Source: a virus (taxonomy: Duplodnaviria; Caudoviricetes). From it: a DNA stretch of 64,000 nt. The notes under the pieces were generated by a model, which saw nothing but the letters and a program-made list of their open reading frames with translations, was not told where the DNA came from and ran no database searches. The stretch is from IMG/VR virus record IMGVR_UViG_2788499951_000002, positions 93,857-157,856 of that record; one strand, written 5' to 3'. The position numbers were made by a program, and so were the translations under genes. Shown here in pieces: positions 39,158 to 47,908 of the stretch; positions within the stretch are counted from its first letter, which is position 1; each line of letters opens with the position of its first letter.

Positions 39158-40474
39158 TCAAGCATCCCGAGTATGATGCTTGGGATTGCGATCTGCGTGG
39201 AGTTCCTGCAGGCGCTTGATGTGACCAGTCATCTCATTGATCATATCGCGATACCCCTCAGCCTCGACCTGACGGTCATCGATCAGGGTGCCAGCCGTCT
39301 TCGCATCCACGATGATGGCGAGTGAGGCCAAGGCCGCCGCCAGATGAGGGACTCCATCATCCGGATCGACCTCTTCACCTTCCATGTATGCCATCATGTG
39401 GCGCATCGCGGCATCCACATAGATGGAGGTTCGGACGTTGGATGCTCGGAAGTTGGCCTTGCCATACTTGAGGGCACCGTTGTACAGACCGACTGAACCG
39501 TATGCGGTTGCTGCTGACGGCCAGATGCTCATCGGGATCTTTGAAGAGCCGATGATGTCCTTGGGATTGGCTGCTTCCTCGATGCTCTCGCTCTTGATTG
39601 GCTCCTCAAGTTCATCGTGCCTGATAGTGTGCCTCACTTGGAGACTTGGAGAGTTATCGACGATGCCCACACACTTGAGTGAAGTGTCGTACATGACACG
39701 ACGGAACTCACGGGGAATCGAAGCATCTGCGATATCAACAGCGACACCGAGTTGGACTCGATCTTCCGCCGGAGACGGGGATCCGATGCTATATTCAGAA
39801 CCCCCAGCGGAGACCATGTTGATGTCTTTCGCAGCCTCATAGAATCCATAACCATTGATGAAGATATACTCATACCCATCAGAGAACAGTTCACCACAGT
39901 CCACATGATCCTCGATGTCACCGAACAGCATACGAGCCAGTTCGACGGAAGTAGAGACCTCTGCATCGGCATTGATGTAGCGGCGACCGGTACCTTTCGC
40001 ATATTTCATGTAATTCACACGCTTCTCCTTTGGATGTTGAATATATTCATGTGATTCGTTTTTGATGATGCACGACGTGGGGTTCTTTCCCTGATGATAG
40101 AACTCCACCACCATACTGTCAAGTCTCAGAACGCTGACCCGTGCCAGTTCGGGGATATCAGACCCCCAGCATGCAATCCGAGCGCCCAGTGGGTGGACAC
40201 GCATGTCGGGCTTGATGTCGACACACTTGATACTGTCCCCACGCTCAGGACGGTCAACGGTTCGAAACAGGTGACTACTTGGTTCCGCACACAGTGCGAG
40301 CAAGTCACCGCCGATACCAACACAGACGATATCAAAACCAGTGCTGATGAGGTATCGACGAGCCTCTGGGGTGACGACAGATTGATAAACGTCTTTGGCA
40401 ATACCATTTTGGGCTGACAACACTTCAGTGGTCAGGGTGATCGTTTTTTCACCATTGTCTGCTCGAGTGATCAT
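39158..40474 (-). CDS. protein with C-terminal dATP/dGTP diphosphohydrolase (DUF5664-like) domain
   Basis: NPKD..G..K.P, GALKYG..NFR, Y.DA..RH....EGE..DPD.G.PHLA.A.A.L.I. Confidence 0.75.
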   Translation of the reverse strand: MITRADNGEKTITLTTEVLSAQNGIAKDVYQSVVTPEARRYLISTGFDIVCVGIGGDLLALCAEPSSHLFRTVDRPERGDSIKCVDIKPDMRVHPLGARIACWGSDIPELARVSVLRLDSMVVEFYHQGKNPTSCIIKNESHEYIQHPKEKRVNYMKYAKGTGRRYINADAEVSTSVELARMLFGDIEDHVDCGELFSDGYEYIFINGYGFYEAAKDINMVSAGGSEYSIGSPSPAEDRVQLGVAVDIADASIPREFRRVMYDTSLKCVGIVDNSPSLQVRHTIRHDELEEPIKSESIEEAANPKDIIGSSKIPMSIWPSAATAYGSVGLYNGALKYGKANFRASNVRTSIYVDAAMRHMMAYMEGEEVDPDDGVPHLAAALASLAIIVDAKTAGTLIDDRQVEAEGYRDMINEMTGHIKRLQELHADRNPKHHTRDA

Positions 40475-40692
40475 AAATCCTCCAATGCGTTGAGTGTTTG
40501 GGCCATCTCGTCGGCGGCCTCTTCTGTGTGATGGCGAGAGACCGCCGTCAGAACTGATCTGACTCCTGCATACTGAGTATGGCGCATCTCGAGATTCCTG
40601 TCAATCACAATCCAGTGAAACCCGCCATACAAGGCGGGAACACATTCTACACCATAACGAAGACTCATTTCGACTCCTAGATGATCAGGCAC
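40471..40692 (-). CDS. mini-protein, tag family (ALEDL*)
   Basis: ORF in array. Confidence 0.6.
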   Translation of the reverse strand: MPDHLGVEMSLRYGVECVPALYGGFHWIVIDRNLEMRHTQYAGVRSVLTAVSRHHTEEAADEMAQTLNALEDL

Positions 40693-40812
40693 GAACGGGT
40701 CTCTGGGCGCTCAACAGAACTGAACTGATGTTTCGCCAGAACTAACATTCCCACAACGACCACCAGTGCGACGATGACCATGATGGTGACTCGTTTGATC
40801 TCTTTATCCATG

Positions 40813-41364
40813 TCATTGTCCTGATCTGTCGGGTTTACCATGAGGGCCAGTGTACCACTCCGGAATGCCACATGGGAAGGTGACCATCATCCGACGTTTG
40901 TCGGTGCGAGTCATCCACTCGGTGTACTTCTCGATCAGATACTGGCGATATGCCTCTTCGCGCCCACCGAATACCGCATGCTTCTTGAGGTGCTCCGGAA
41001 TGACCATGGGAGGGGCGGTGAACCCCTCGTATTCAATCTCAGCCGGAACATGACGTAGCGCGGCGAGGATGTCGTGGGTCTTGTGACGCTTACCGGATGC
41101 CTCTTCGGTGATTCGAATCAACTCACACAGATGCTCATACACCCACAGGTAATGCTGGGATGATGCACAGACCCATACTGCGCACGGGTGACCCTGATGG
41201 GTAAGACGATAGAGGTCGTTGCGATCTGCATATGCGCCGTCGTCTTTCATGCGATGAGCCGCTGACAGCAACTGGGCTGACTCTACGATCATCTTGGTCA
41301 CGTGGATGTTGCACAGATTACGCGCTGCAACCACAGGGGATGGATCAGTGTAGAATACGTTCAT
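40813..41364 (-). CDS. pyrimidine dimer DNA glycosylase (DenV/Pyr_excise-like)
   Basis: MNVF..D.SP..AA...C..HV.KMI.ESAQLLS, TH..HPC..W, AYR.Y. Confidence 0.75.
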   Translation of the reverse strand: MNVFYTDPSPVVAARNLCNIHVTKMIVESAQLLSAAHRMKDDGAYADRNDLYRLTHQGHPCAVWVCASSQHYLWVYEHLCELIRITEEASGKRHKTHDILAALRHVPAEIEYEGFTAPPMVIPEHLKKHAVFGGREEAYRQYLIEKYTEWMTRTDKRRMMVTFPCGIPEWYTGPHGKPDRSGQ

Positions 41365-41389
41365 GTGTCACCTCGTTTGAATTCGATCA

Positions 41390-43108
41390 TCAGTATAGCT
41401 CCCCTCGCTCCTTCATGTCAACCAATTCATCAACCAGATCATTCGCCATGGTGGCTTGGAACTTTGAGATGCATCGGGCCGTACCTGTGATAGAACGTGC
41501 GAGTTCGATGTTGAACAGACGGAAGAACTGGTTTGAGATCGCACCATAGAGAGAGTTACAGACGATCTTGAGAACCTTCTGGAACAGATCATGCTGCTCT
41601 CGCTCAGTCTGGGTCTCTGCCGTCTTCATCAGTTTCTTGTAGTGCTTACGCATCTCAAACGTCTCTTTGACGTATGCAGATAGCAGTCCCATCTCACCGT
41701 TGAATATGCTGCCATTGGCACTGATGCACAGGCCGTCGTCGATTATCATCTGGTGGATGTCTGCCGCCTTGGCCATCAGGCGTTCATTGGTGTTGACGTC
41801 GTATATCTCAACCATCTCATCACTGTCTGACATGACGGCGATGTAGTCCTCATAACGATTCGCCAGCTGGTAGATGTATGTCTCCGTAGACAGCCCTAGA
41901 AGCATCATACAGCTCGGATACAGTGCGGTAAGGTCAATGGTCGACTGATAGCCGAAACGCCCTGAGAGTGTGTCATAGACGACCGCACCGTCGAATGATT
42001 CCTTGTCGGGTGATTGCTTGTCGGGGAGCACGATGTTGCCGTTGGCTCGACAGAACTTGATGAACCCGTTTTCGATTGTCTTGATGGATCCGCAAACATC
42101 GGACGGCAACACGCAGTGATTGCGAGCCAGCATCATCGCCAGCTTGATGACCTCCATCTTACGGTCCAGCCACATCAGCAGACGAGAGTCATGCAGAGAG
42201 TACTCGAAGAACTTGCGGGGATTCTCACGGTAGAGACTACCCAAGTCATCCTCGAACTCGATCTTTGATTCCCCCAGAAACTCCTCACAGATGGATGCCA
42301 ATGCGAACGACATCTGTTCAGACGGGTGGAACTTCTTGAACAGTTTCATCATATCGAGATGACAACGACCATGTAGGGTCCACTCCCATGTCTCATTCCC
42401 CATGTCGTCGACAAAGTCCCGACGCTTGGCAGGGAACCCGCCTCGGCAGAGAAATGATGCGGCTTCTTTCTCTGGCATGTAGACTTTCAGACGTTCGATG
42501 ATGTAAGGCAAATCGTACCCATCACCGTTCCATGCCGCCAGAATGTCGGAATCCTCGATGACCTCTCGGAAGAGATGAAGCATCTCCCACTCACTCTTGG
42601 CATAGAGGATGTTGACAGGATACTCATCATCCTCAAGAACCCCGACCTCATCCTCAAGGTGGTGACGGAAGATCATCGTGTATTCTTTCTTGGCTGAATC
42701 AAACACCGAGAAAGAGTTGATCTCACCATGGGGTTTCTCAGGGACCGGATAGCCAAGCCCCTCAGAAAGGTCAAAGTCGGTCTCAATGTCGTAGTACGCG
42801 ACGTGGTAGGGGGAATTCACCTCAGTGTCACTGTACTCATCGAGAAGGAATCGGTACGTCAGGGGGACGTCCGACTCAGCCACGATGTCTTGACGGTTTC
42901 TGGCGAACTCCTGAAGTGTTCTACGGTCCTTGAAGGGAACCTTCTTCATCGGATTGCCGTACAGATCCTTGAACTCGCCAGTCCCTGTGTTGTCCCGCAT
43001 GAACAGGTAGGTGTAGTTCTCAGCCGGATGGATGTGGTGGTGGAGGCCGTTCTGATCACGTTCCCAGACGTGGATCTCCCCCTTTGATTCTGTTGCACTG
43101 ATATACAT
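41390..43108 (-). CDS. family B DNA polymerase, N-terminal subunit (exonuclease, motif A, motif B)
   Basis: YDIET, WNG.GYDLPY, Y..HD, DLTALYPS, KIVCNSLYG, SITGT; ends before motif C. Confidence 0.92.
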   Translation of the reverse strand: MYISATESKGEIHVWERDQNGLHHHIHPAENYTYLFMRDNTGTGEFKDLYGNPMKKVPFKDRRTLQEFARNRQDIVAESDVPLTYRFLLDEYSDTEVNSPYHVAYYDIETDFDLSEGLGYPVPEKPHGEINSFSVFDSAKKEYTMIFRHHLEDEVGVLEDDEYPVNILYAKSEWEMLHLFREVIEDSDILAAWNGDGYDLPYIIERLKVYMPEKEAASFLCRGGFPAKRRDFVDDMGNETWEWTLHGRCHLDMMKLFKKFHPSEQMSFALASICEEFLGESKIEFEDDLGSLYRENPRKFFEYSLHDSRLLMWLDRKMEVIKLAMMLARNHCVLPSDVCGSIKTIENGFIKFCRANGNIVLPDKQSPDKESFDGAVVYDTLSGRFGYQSTIDLTALYPSCMMLLGLSTETYIYQLANRYEDYIAVMSDSDEMVEIYDVNTNERLMAKAADIHQMIIDDGLCISANGSIFNGEMGLLSAYVKETFEMRKHYKKLMKTAETQTEREQHDLFQKVLKIVCNSLYGAISNQFFRLFNIELARSITGTARCISKFQATMANDLVDELVDMKERGELY

Positions 43109-43195
43109 GGCATCTCCTTCGGTAAGTTTGATAATGATACAACGAAAAACGGGAAGAGGCAATGCCCCTTCCCGTTCATTTATGCTACCGTTGGA

Positions 43196-43501
43196 TCACT
43201 CTTCAACTTGCTGATCGAGTGCCTTCTTGTTGCGAGCGGCAGTGCGGAGCATCTCGTCCAGCTCGACCGTTTCCTGATGCTTCTCGACTGCCTCTGCTGC
43301 TGCGTTGCAGTGGCGTTGGCGGACCAGACTGTTGAAGCGTGCAGTCGGAACACCGATCTCGTCCTTGACCCGTTCAGCAACGTCCTTGCGGAAGTTCTTC
43401 TCGATCTCAGCACGGACCAGTGATTGACTTGCCTCGTCGACTGCGTCGTTCAGGGCGGCTTGCTGCTTCGGGGTCAGGATCAGTTCGCTATCGGATGACA
43501 T
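43196..43501 (-). CDS. T4 DsbA-like double-stranded DNA-binding protein
   Basis: EAS...........KD.....KDE.GV....FN.L....H pattern. Confidence 0.7.
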   Translation of the reverse strand: MSSDSELILTPKQQAALNDAVDEASQSLVRAEIEKNFRKDVAERVKDEIGVPTARFNSLVRQRHCNAAAEAVEKHQETVELDEMLRTAARNKKALDQQVEE

Positions 43502-43566
43502 ATTCAGTTTCCTTTTGATTGAAGTGTTGGTCAGGTGGGGACTTCACGTCCCCTGTTGGATTGATA

Positions 43567-43842
43567 TCAGCGTGAGGTGGTAGTCTTGTGGTTCTGGAGC
43601 TGGACTACCAGTGACTCCAGTTCGACGACCTTGTCAAAGATGTAGTGATTGGCGTAGAAGCGGAAGCCGTATGATTCGATCTCATGACGAGTGAACTCGA
43701 TGTCCTTCTGGATGTCCTTGGTGGCATCTGAGACTCGAAGACCTCGCATGACACTCAGAGCACGATTGTAGCGCTTCTGGATCGGGGACATCTGGCGCTT
43801 GCTGTTGTTTCCTGCGGAACGAGTGGTGGATTGAGTTTTCAT
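43567..43842 (-). CDS. hypothetical protein
   Basis: ORF, phage-like codon use. Confidence 0.6.
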   Translation of the reverse strand: MKTQSTTRSAGNNSKRQMSPIQKRYNRALSVMRGLRVSDATKDIQKDIEFTRHEIESYGFRFYANHYIFDKVVELESLVVQLQNHKTTTSR

Positions 43843-43847
43843 GATTG

Positions 43848-44369
43848 TTACTCCCAAGATATGCCATACAGTGGCATTGACTGTGTTGCTTTTGCTGAGG
43901 CAGATGGTGAATTCGATTCAACCGGTGCTGCCTTGATGGTCAACTTCTTTCTGGTTCTCTTCTTAGCAGGTGACTTCTTGGGAGTCACTACGGTGGACGG
44001 TGATGGGTCATGTGACACCTTAGGTTCAGGGGTTGATGGGACGTCGAAGACGGGTGTCTGTTCCTTCTCGACGACATTTTCATTTGAAAACAAGATCTTA
44101 TCACCGAACTGGTAGCACTGCAACTGAATATCGTTCGGGTTGTAATCAAAGTCTTTCTTCTTGCCACTAACGAGGATGACTAACTTCTTGTCTGTGAACG
44201 AGTGGATTTCCCCCTGATGTGTGGATCCACCCGCTTCTTCCAGACCGATGGTGACCTTTAGGCCGATGAGTTCCTCAGTCATGTTCTCAGGTGTCAGACG
44301 AATGCATGGCACCACAGCGAATCCGCGACTGTTGACAGGGTAGCGTGACTTGTCGAATTTGGAACTCAT
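43848..44369 (-). CDS. hypothetical protein with Pro/Lys-rich tail
   Basis: ORF, GAGG RBS. Confidence 0.65.
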   Translation of the reverse strand: MSSKFDKSRYPVNSRGFAVVPCIRLTPENMTEELIGLKVTIGLEEAGGSTHQGEIHSFTDKKLVILVSGKKKDFDYNPNDIQLQCYQFGDKILFSNENVVEKEQTPVFDVPSTPEPKVSHDPSPSTVVTPKKSPAKKRTRKKLTIKAAPVESNSPSASAKATQSMPLYGISWE

Positions 44370-44394
44370 CGGTCAATCCTCATTGGTGTTTTAC

Positions 44395-45507
44395 TTACTG
44401 ATTGGCAGCGTCTTCAATCACTTCGCCAATCTTATCGATGATCTGGGAATAAGTCAACCCCAGAATTTCATCGATGGTGCCCAGCAGGAGATGCTCCTTG
44501 TCAGGGCGGATGGTGACGTCACCATTACCTCGCAGTGCGAAGCGATTCTTGCCAACCTGCTCACGGAGAACCGTGCGCAGTTCATCCTTGTTGCGGATGG
44601 TGATATCATCCTCATCGCGGACATCGATGTCGAGATCGACACTCTCAGTTGCACCAGAGAGCATCATACCAAGCTCACCCAGTGCACTTTCGAGCATGTT
44701 CTCCTTGTTCTCGATGCCGTACATCACTTCCATCGGATCATATGCCTCGGTCTTGGTGGACAGTTCGACCGGCATCAGGAGACCATTGGCGTCGATGTAC
44801 ATCTCGTCATCACGCTTGACAACCACGAAGTGTTCGACCGGCTCAGTGTCCTTGGCGTTGAACTGTTCCCAGCTGATGGCACATCCGCGTTCGAGTGCAT
44901 CTTCGTCGCTCAGAGTGATCTCAGTGTACTTGGAGCGCTCGAACTCTTCATCAGTCAGGATACCCTCGGTGACCTCGGTGTAGATGCGAGTGAATCGCTT
45001 CTGCTTCGCCACCACGTTGTCCTCATGCTGGGAAGTCTTACCATAGAACCCATAGGACTCTCGATGAGCCATCAGCTCAGAGTGAGGCTGCACGACGCGG
45101 ATGTCACCACGTGCCCAGAGCATGAAGCCAGCAGAGGCTGCCTCGGAACATACCACAGTGATGGTGTGGCGGAACTTATCCATGATGGTGAACAGTTCCA
45201 GCATCAGATCGACACGACCGCCCGGACTGTTGATGTAGATCATCAGAGTTGGCACGCTTTCTGCAAGGCGGTACAGCTCTGCCAGTTCTCGGGTGTTCTC
45301 CTGCGGGGAGTTGAACTCACCACGAAGATGGAGTTCGATGCGATTGTGCTGCTCGTTAGGCACAATGGTCATGAACTGAGGGAGGGGAAACATTGCCATC
45401 GGGTCCATGCTGCCGCGAGGGCGAGAACGAGAATCTACCTCTCCTTCGACCTGCATGGCGGTGGACGAGAAAACGGACGGCTTGATTGCGGAGAAATCGA
45501 GATTCAT
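44395..45507 (-). CDS. ClpP-like (S14) serine peptidase with C-terminal extension
   Basis: IYINSPGG, AASAG (catalytic Ser), LMAH (catalytic His). Confidence 0.85.
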   Translation of the reverse strand: MNLDFSAIKPSVFSSTAMQVEGEVDSRSRPRGSMDPMAMFPLPQFMTIVPNEQHNRIELHLRGEFNSPQENTRELAELYRLAESVPTLMIYINSPGGRVDLMLELFTIMDKFRHTITVVCSEAASAGFMLWARGDIRVVQPHSELMAHRESYGFYGKTSQHEDNVVAKQKRFTRIYTEVTEGILTDEEFERSKYTEITLSDEDALERGCAISWEQFNAKDTEPVEHFVVVKRDDEMYIDANGLLMPVELSTKTEAYDPMEVMYGIENKENMLESALGELGMMLSGATESVDLDIDVRDEDDITIRNKDELRTVLREQVGKNRFALRGNGDVTIRPDKEHLLLGTIDEILGLTYSQIIDKIGEVIEDAANQ

Positions 45508-45586
45508 GTTGGTGATCCTTTTCGTTTGTTGGTGTGACCATCTTACTTCAAGGGAGGGGGCTTTTCAACCCCCTCGGGTGAGGATT

Positions 45587-46285
45587 TTACTCCTCGGATT
45601 CTTCTACTGCTCCTTCTTCGTACTGACTCACCACCTGCTGGGCCACCGGTTCATCGAGGAACACGATACGACCAGAAGTCGGAGCGTTGTCCTTACCATC
45701 GGCCCAGATGGCGAACGTCAGTGTGGTATCCGACTTGAAAGTGAGGGAGAACTGCTCACCACCGCCGATTGCACTTGAGATGATACCACGGACTTCTTCC
45801 TCGAGGATGATCTCAGGAGTTGAGTTCTCCTCATCGAGGAACATGACATGGGTCAGGTTCTTGATGGCCGACACCACCGGAAGAGTGCGCATCAGACCCA
45901 TCAGATAGTCAGTCAGCTCCTCGTGATCCTGATCAGACAGTTCAGAGACCTTCAGTTGGTTGGTGATCTCGCCAGTGGCGGGAACAGATCCTGCGATGTT
46001 GGTGACGGATACCTGAGTGTGTACGGAAGTGATGCGAAGACCGGTGACGTACTCAGTCGGACTCATCAGCTCGAGACCAGCACTCGGATTGCCCAGTGCT
46101 TTCTTGATCTCTTCATTCTCCGGCTCGAAGTACGCACCCACCACCAGCGGGAATGCACGGACATTCGAGAGCGGGAAGGAGGCGGTCTGCATGAAGTTGC
46201 GGTTCTGTTCAGCAGGGACGCCGTTGTTGAACTCTTCAAAGATCTCTTTGAACAGCGGGGTCTGGGTGGTGGTTTCTTCTGACAT
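45587..46285 (-). CDS. hypothetical acidic protein
   Basis: ORF with AGGAG RBS and own promoter. Confidence 0.7.
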   Translation of the reverse strand: MSEETTTQTPLFKEIFEEFNNGVPAEQNRNFMQTASFPLSNVRAFPLVVGAYFEPENEEIKKALGNPSAGLELMSPTEYVTGLRITSVHTQVSVTNIAGSVPATGEITNQLKVSELSDQDHEELTDYLMGLMRTLPVVSAIKNLTHVMFLDEENSTPEIILEEEVRGIISSAIGGGEQFSLTFKSDTTLTFAIWADGKDNAPTSGRIVFLDEPVAQQVVSQYEEGAVEESEE

Positions 46286-46332
46286 GTGATGATCTCCTGA
46301 TTGATATGTCGTTATGTCTTACTTGAGAGCTT

Positions 46333-46361
46333 AGTCTATCTTGCCTCAACACCAGTGTCAA
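46333..46361 (-). promoter_or_regulatory. sigma70 early promoter
   Basis: TTGACA-17 bp-TAGACT. Confidence 0.65.
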
Positions 46362-46382
46362 CACCGATGTTGGAATTTTTTT

Positions 46383-46976
46383 TTACATCGAGTCTACTGC
46401 ACCGTACATCTCGACGACCGCACGGATCTCCTCAAGGGAAATCACCGAGTCCGTCACACGCATGCATACTGCGTGATTGGCGACATCAAGAGGCGGCAAT
46501 AGCGCATCAGTTGCCTCGATCAACGGCTTGCTTTGTGAATGACCGATGTCGAACTCGAGTCGAGCGATATTGCACATCGCCAGATACCATGTTTCGGTAT
46601 CGTTCTCCGTCACGTGCTCATCGAACTCTCGGAGGTTTTTGAACACACGCAGTTTCTCATGAGTGGTGCCACAGGGCACATACTTTTCCGAACGAATCAC
46701 CGCAGGGTGAATACTCATGAACATCGGACGAGTCTTCACATCTTTATACTCATGACCAGTCCCCGTGACCCATGAAAATGAAATATGAGCCACATCGGAC
46801 GGGAACCCGTACTCTTTCACATACTGGCTGATGCGTTGACAGAATTCCTTACGATGGGTCTCGGTCATGAGATTGACAAGTTCAAACGCATCGATGCGTT
46901 CGATGTGCCCAGTGTCATTGATGTGAGAAGTGTTCTCGAGCAGACTGGTTTGATATCGTTTGGATATGAACGACAT
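46383..46976 (-). CDS. hypothetical, tag family (AVDSM*)
   Basis: AGGAG RBS. Confidence 0.65.
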   Translation of the reverse strand: MSFISKRYQTSLLENTSHINDTGHIERIDAFELVNLMTETHRKEFCQRISQYVKEYGFPSDVAHISFSWVTGTGHEYKDVKTRPMFMSIHPAVIRSEKYVPCGTTHEKLRVFKNLREFDEHVTENDTETWYLAMCNIARLEFDIGHSQSKPLIEATDALLPPLDVANHAVCMRVTDSVISLEEIRAVVEMYGAVDSM

Positions 46977-47012
46977 GCTTGTCTCCTTTGAGGAGGTGGG
47001 TGGGTGGATGGA

Positions 47013-47201
47013 TTAACGTTTGTGTTTGAAGTCACTTTCGTACCAACCGGTGCCCTTGAACTGGGCGCGAGCTGGTGCTGAGATTGTGGTTTCCATGTCG
47101 GAGCCACAGGTTGGACAGGGGATGGTTTTGACGTCCGACTTTACGATCTTCTCGATCTTGGGTTGGTCGCAGTTGTTACAGATGAAATCTCGAATGGGCA
47201 T
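47013..47201 (-). CDS. FmdB-family zinc-ribbon protein
   Basis: MPI.DF.C..C...CPTCGS...FKGTGWY..D. Confidence 0.85.
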   Translation of the reverse strand: MPIRDFICNNCDQPKIEKIVKSDVKTIPCPTCGSDMETTISAPARAQFKGTGWYESDFKHKR

Positions 47202-47249
47202 GGCACATAATCTCCTTAGGACGGGGTCAGTATGTGCCATGTGGATCTA

Positions 47250-47393
47250 TCAGTCAAGCACTTTCTTGTGCTTTTTCTTGCGAGAATAGGACTTCTTCTT
47301 GTCCTTCTCGACTCGCTGTCGGAAGAGCGGGGACTTGACCAAGGCATGCTGGGCGTTGTCTTTGATCTTCCCTTTCTTGTGGTCGTGCTCCAT
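47250..47393 (-). CDS. arfA: alternative ribosome-rescue factor A homolog (47 aa, not in ORF track)
   Basis: [47 protein letters not shown] versus recalled E. coli Arf[27 protein letters not shown]...SY.RK.KH; AGGAG RBS. Confidence 0.88.
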   Translation of the reverse strand: MEHDHKKGKIKDNAQHALVKSPLFRQRVEKDKKKSYSRKKKHKKVLD

Positions 47394-47402
47394 CAGCTTC
47401 TC

Positions 47403-47795
47403 CTATGGCAGGTAGTTGATAATGACCGCGATCACCAACGGCACCATGACAGCAGTGATGAACACCCCGAAGTTCTTGACGAACCGGCTGTTATCCCGTG
47501 TCTTGATTGATGCCTCTTCTTGCTTCTTTGTGACTTCGACAACGGCCTTTTCGATCTCACCGAATCGAAGTGTCAGGGTTGAAAGATGCTTTTCGTGCTC
47601 GTGGATCATTTTTGTCACACTGGTCAGAGTCTCCGTGAGACGCGTGATGTCGGCTCGCTGTTGTGCCAAGAGAGCCTGTGTAGCAACCACCTCTTTAAGC
47701 GTGGACGTGATCTCGTCCAGTGTGTCTTTTTGGTGCGTGATCACGCTCTCTACGACCGCAACACGCTCATTGATTTTGTCTGGCTGGTCGCTCAT
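47403..47795 (-). CDS. coiled-coil protein with C-terminal TM (holin/XhlA-like architecture)
   Basis: ERVAVVE coiled coil, terminal hydrophobic helix. Confidence 0.55.
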   Translation of the reverse strand: MSDQPDKINERVAVVESVITHQKDTLDEITSTLKEVVATQALLAQQRADITRLTETLTSVTKMIHEHEKHLSTLTLRFGEIEKAVVEVTKKQEEASIKTRDNSRFVKNFGVFITAVMVPLVIAVIINYLP

Positions 47796-47908
47796 TCTGA
47801 TTTCTCCTCAACGTCTCATTATTTATTATGAGAGGGAGATCAATGCAACCAAGTCTTGTAATGTCTGTTTCATATAACGTCTATCTGATTAAACGGCATG
47901 TGAAACAG

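Noticed and set aside
33010-41390. Group I intron or split intein joining the polymerase halves
   Set aside because: The interval is 8.4 kb of ordinary genes with promoters; there are no intein N/C motifs at the ends; the C-half has its own RBS.
16839-46976. The C-terminal motif could be a by-product of translational coupling (YTG GAG supplying a GGAG Shine-Dalgarno, YTA TGA overlapping the next ATG)
   Set aside because: It may contribute to the LExL endings, but it does not explain the near-invariant Ala at -5. The motif also persists where the next gene has its own RBS after the stop (16839, 18516, 19712, 24164, 24989, 28822, 37089) or where no coupled gene follows (23084, 46383).
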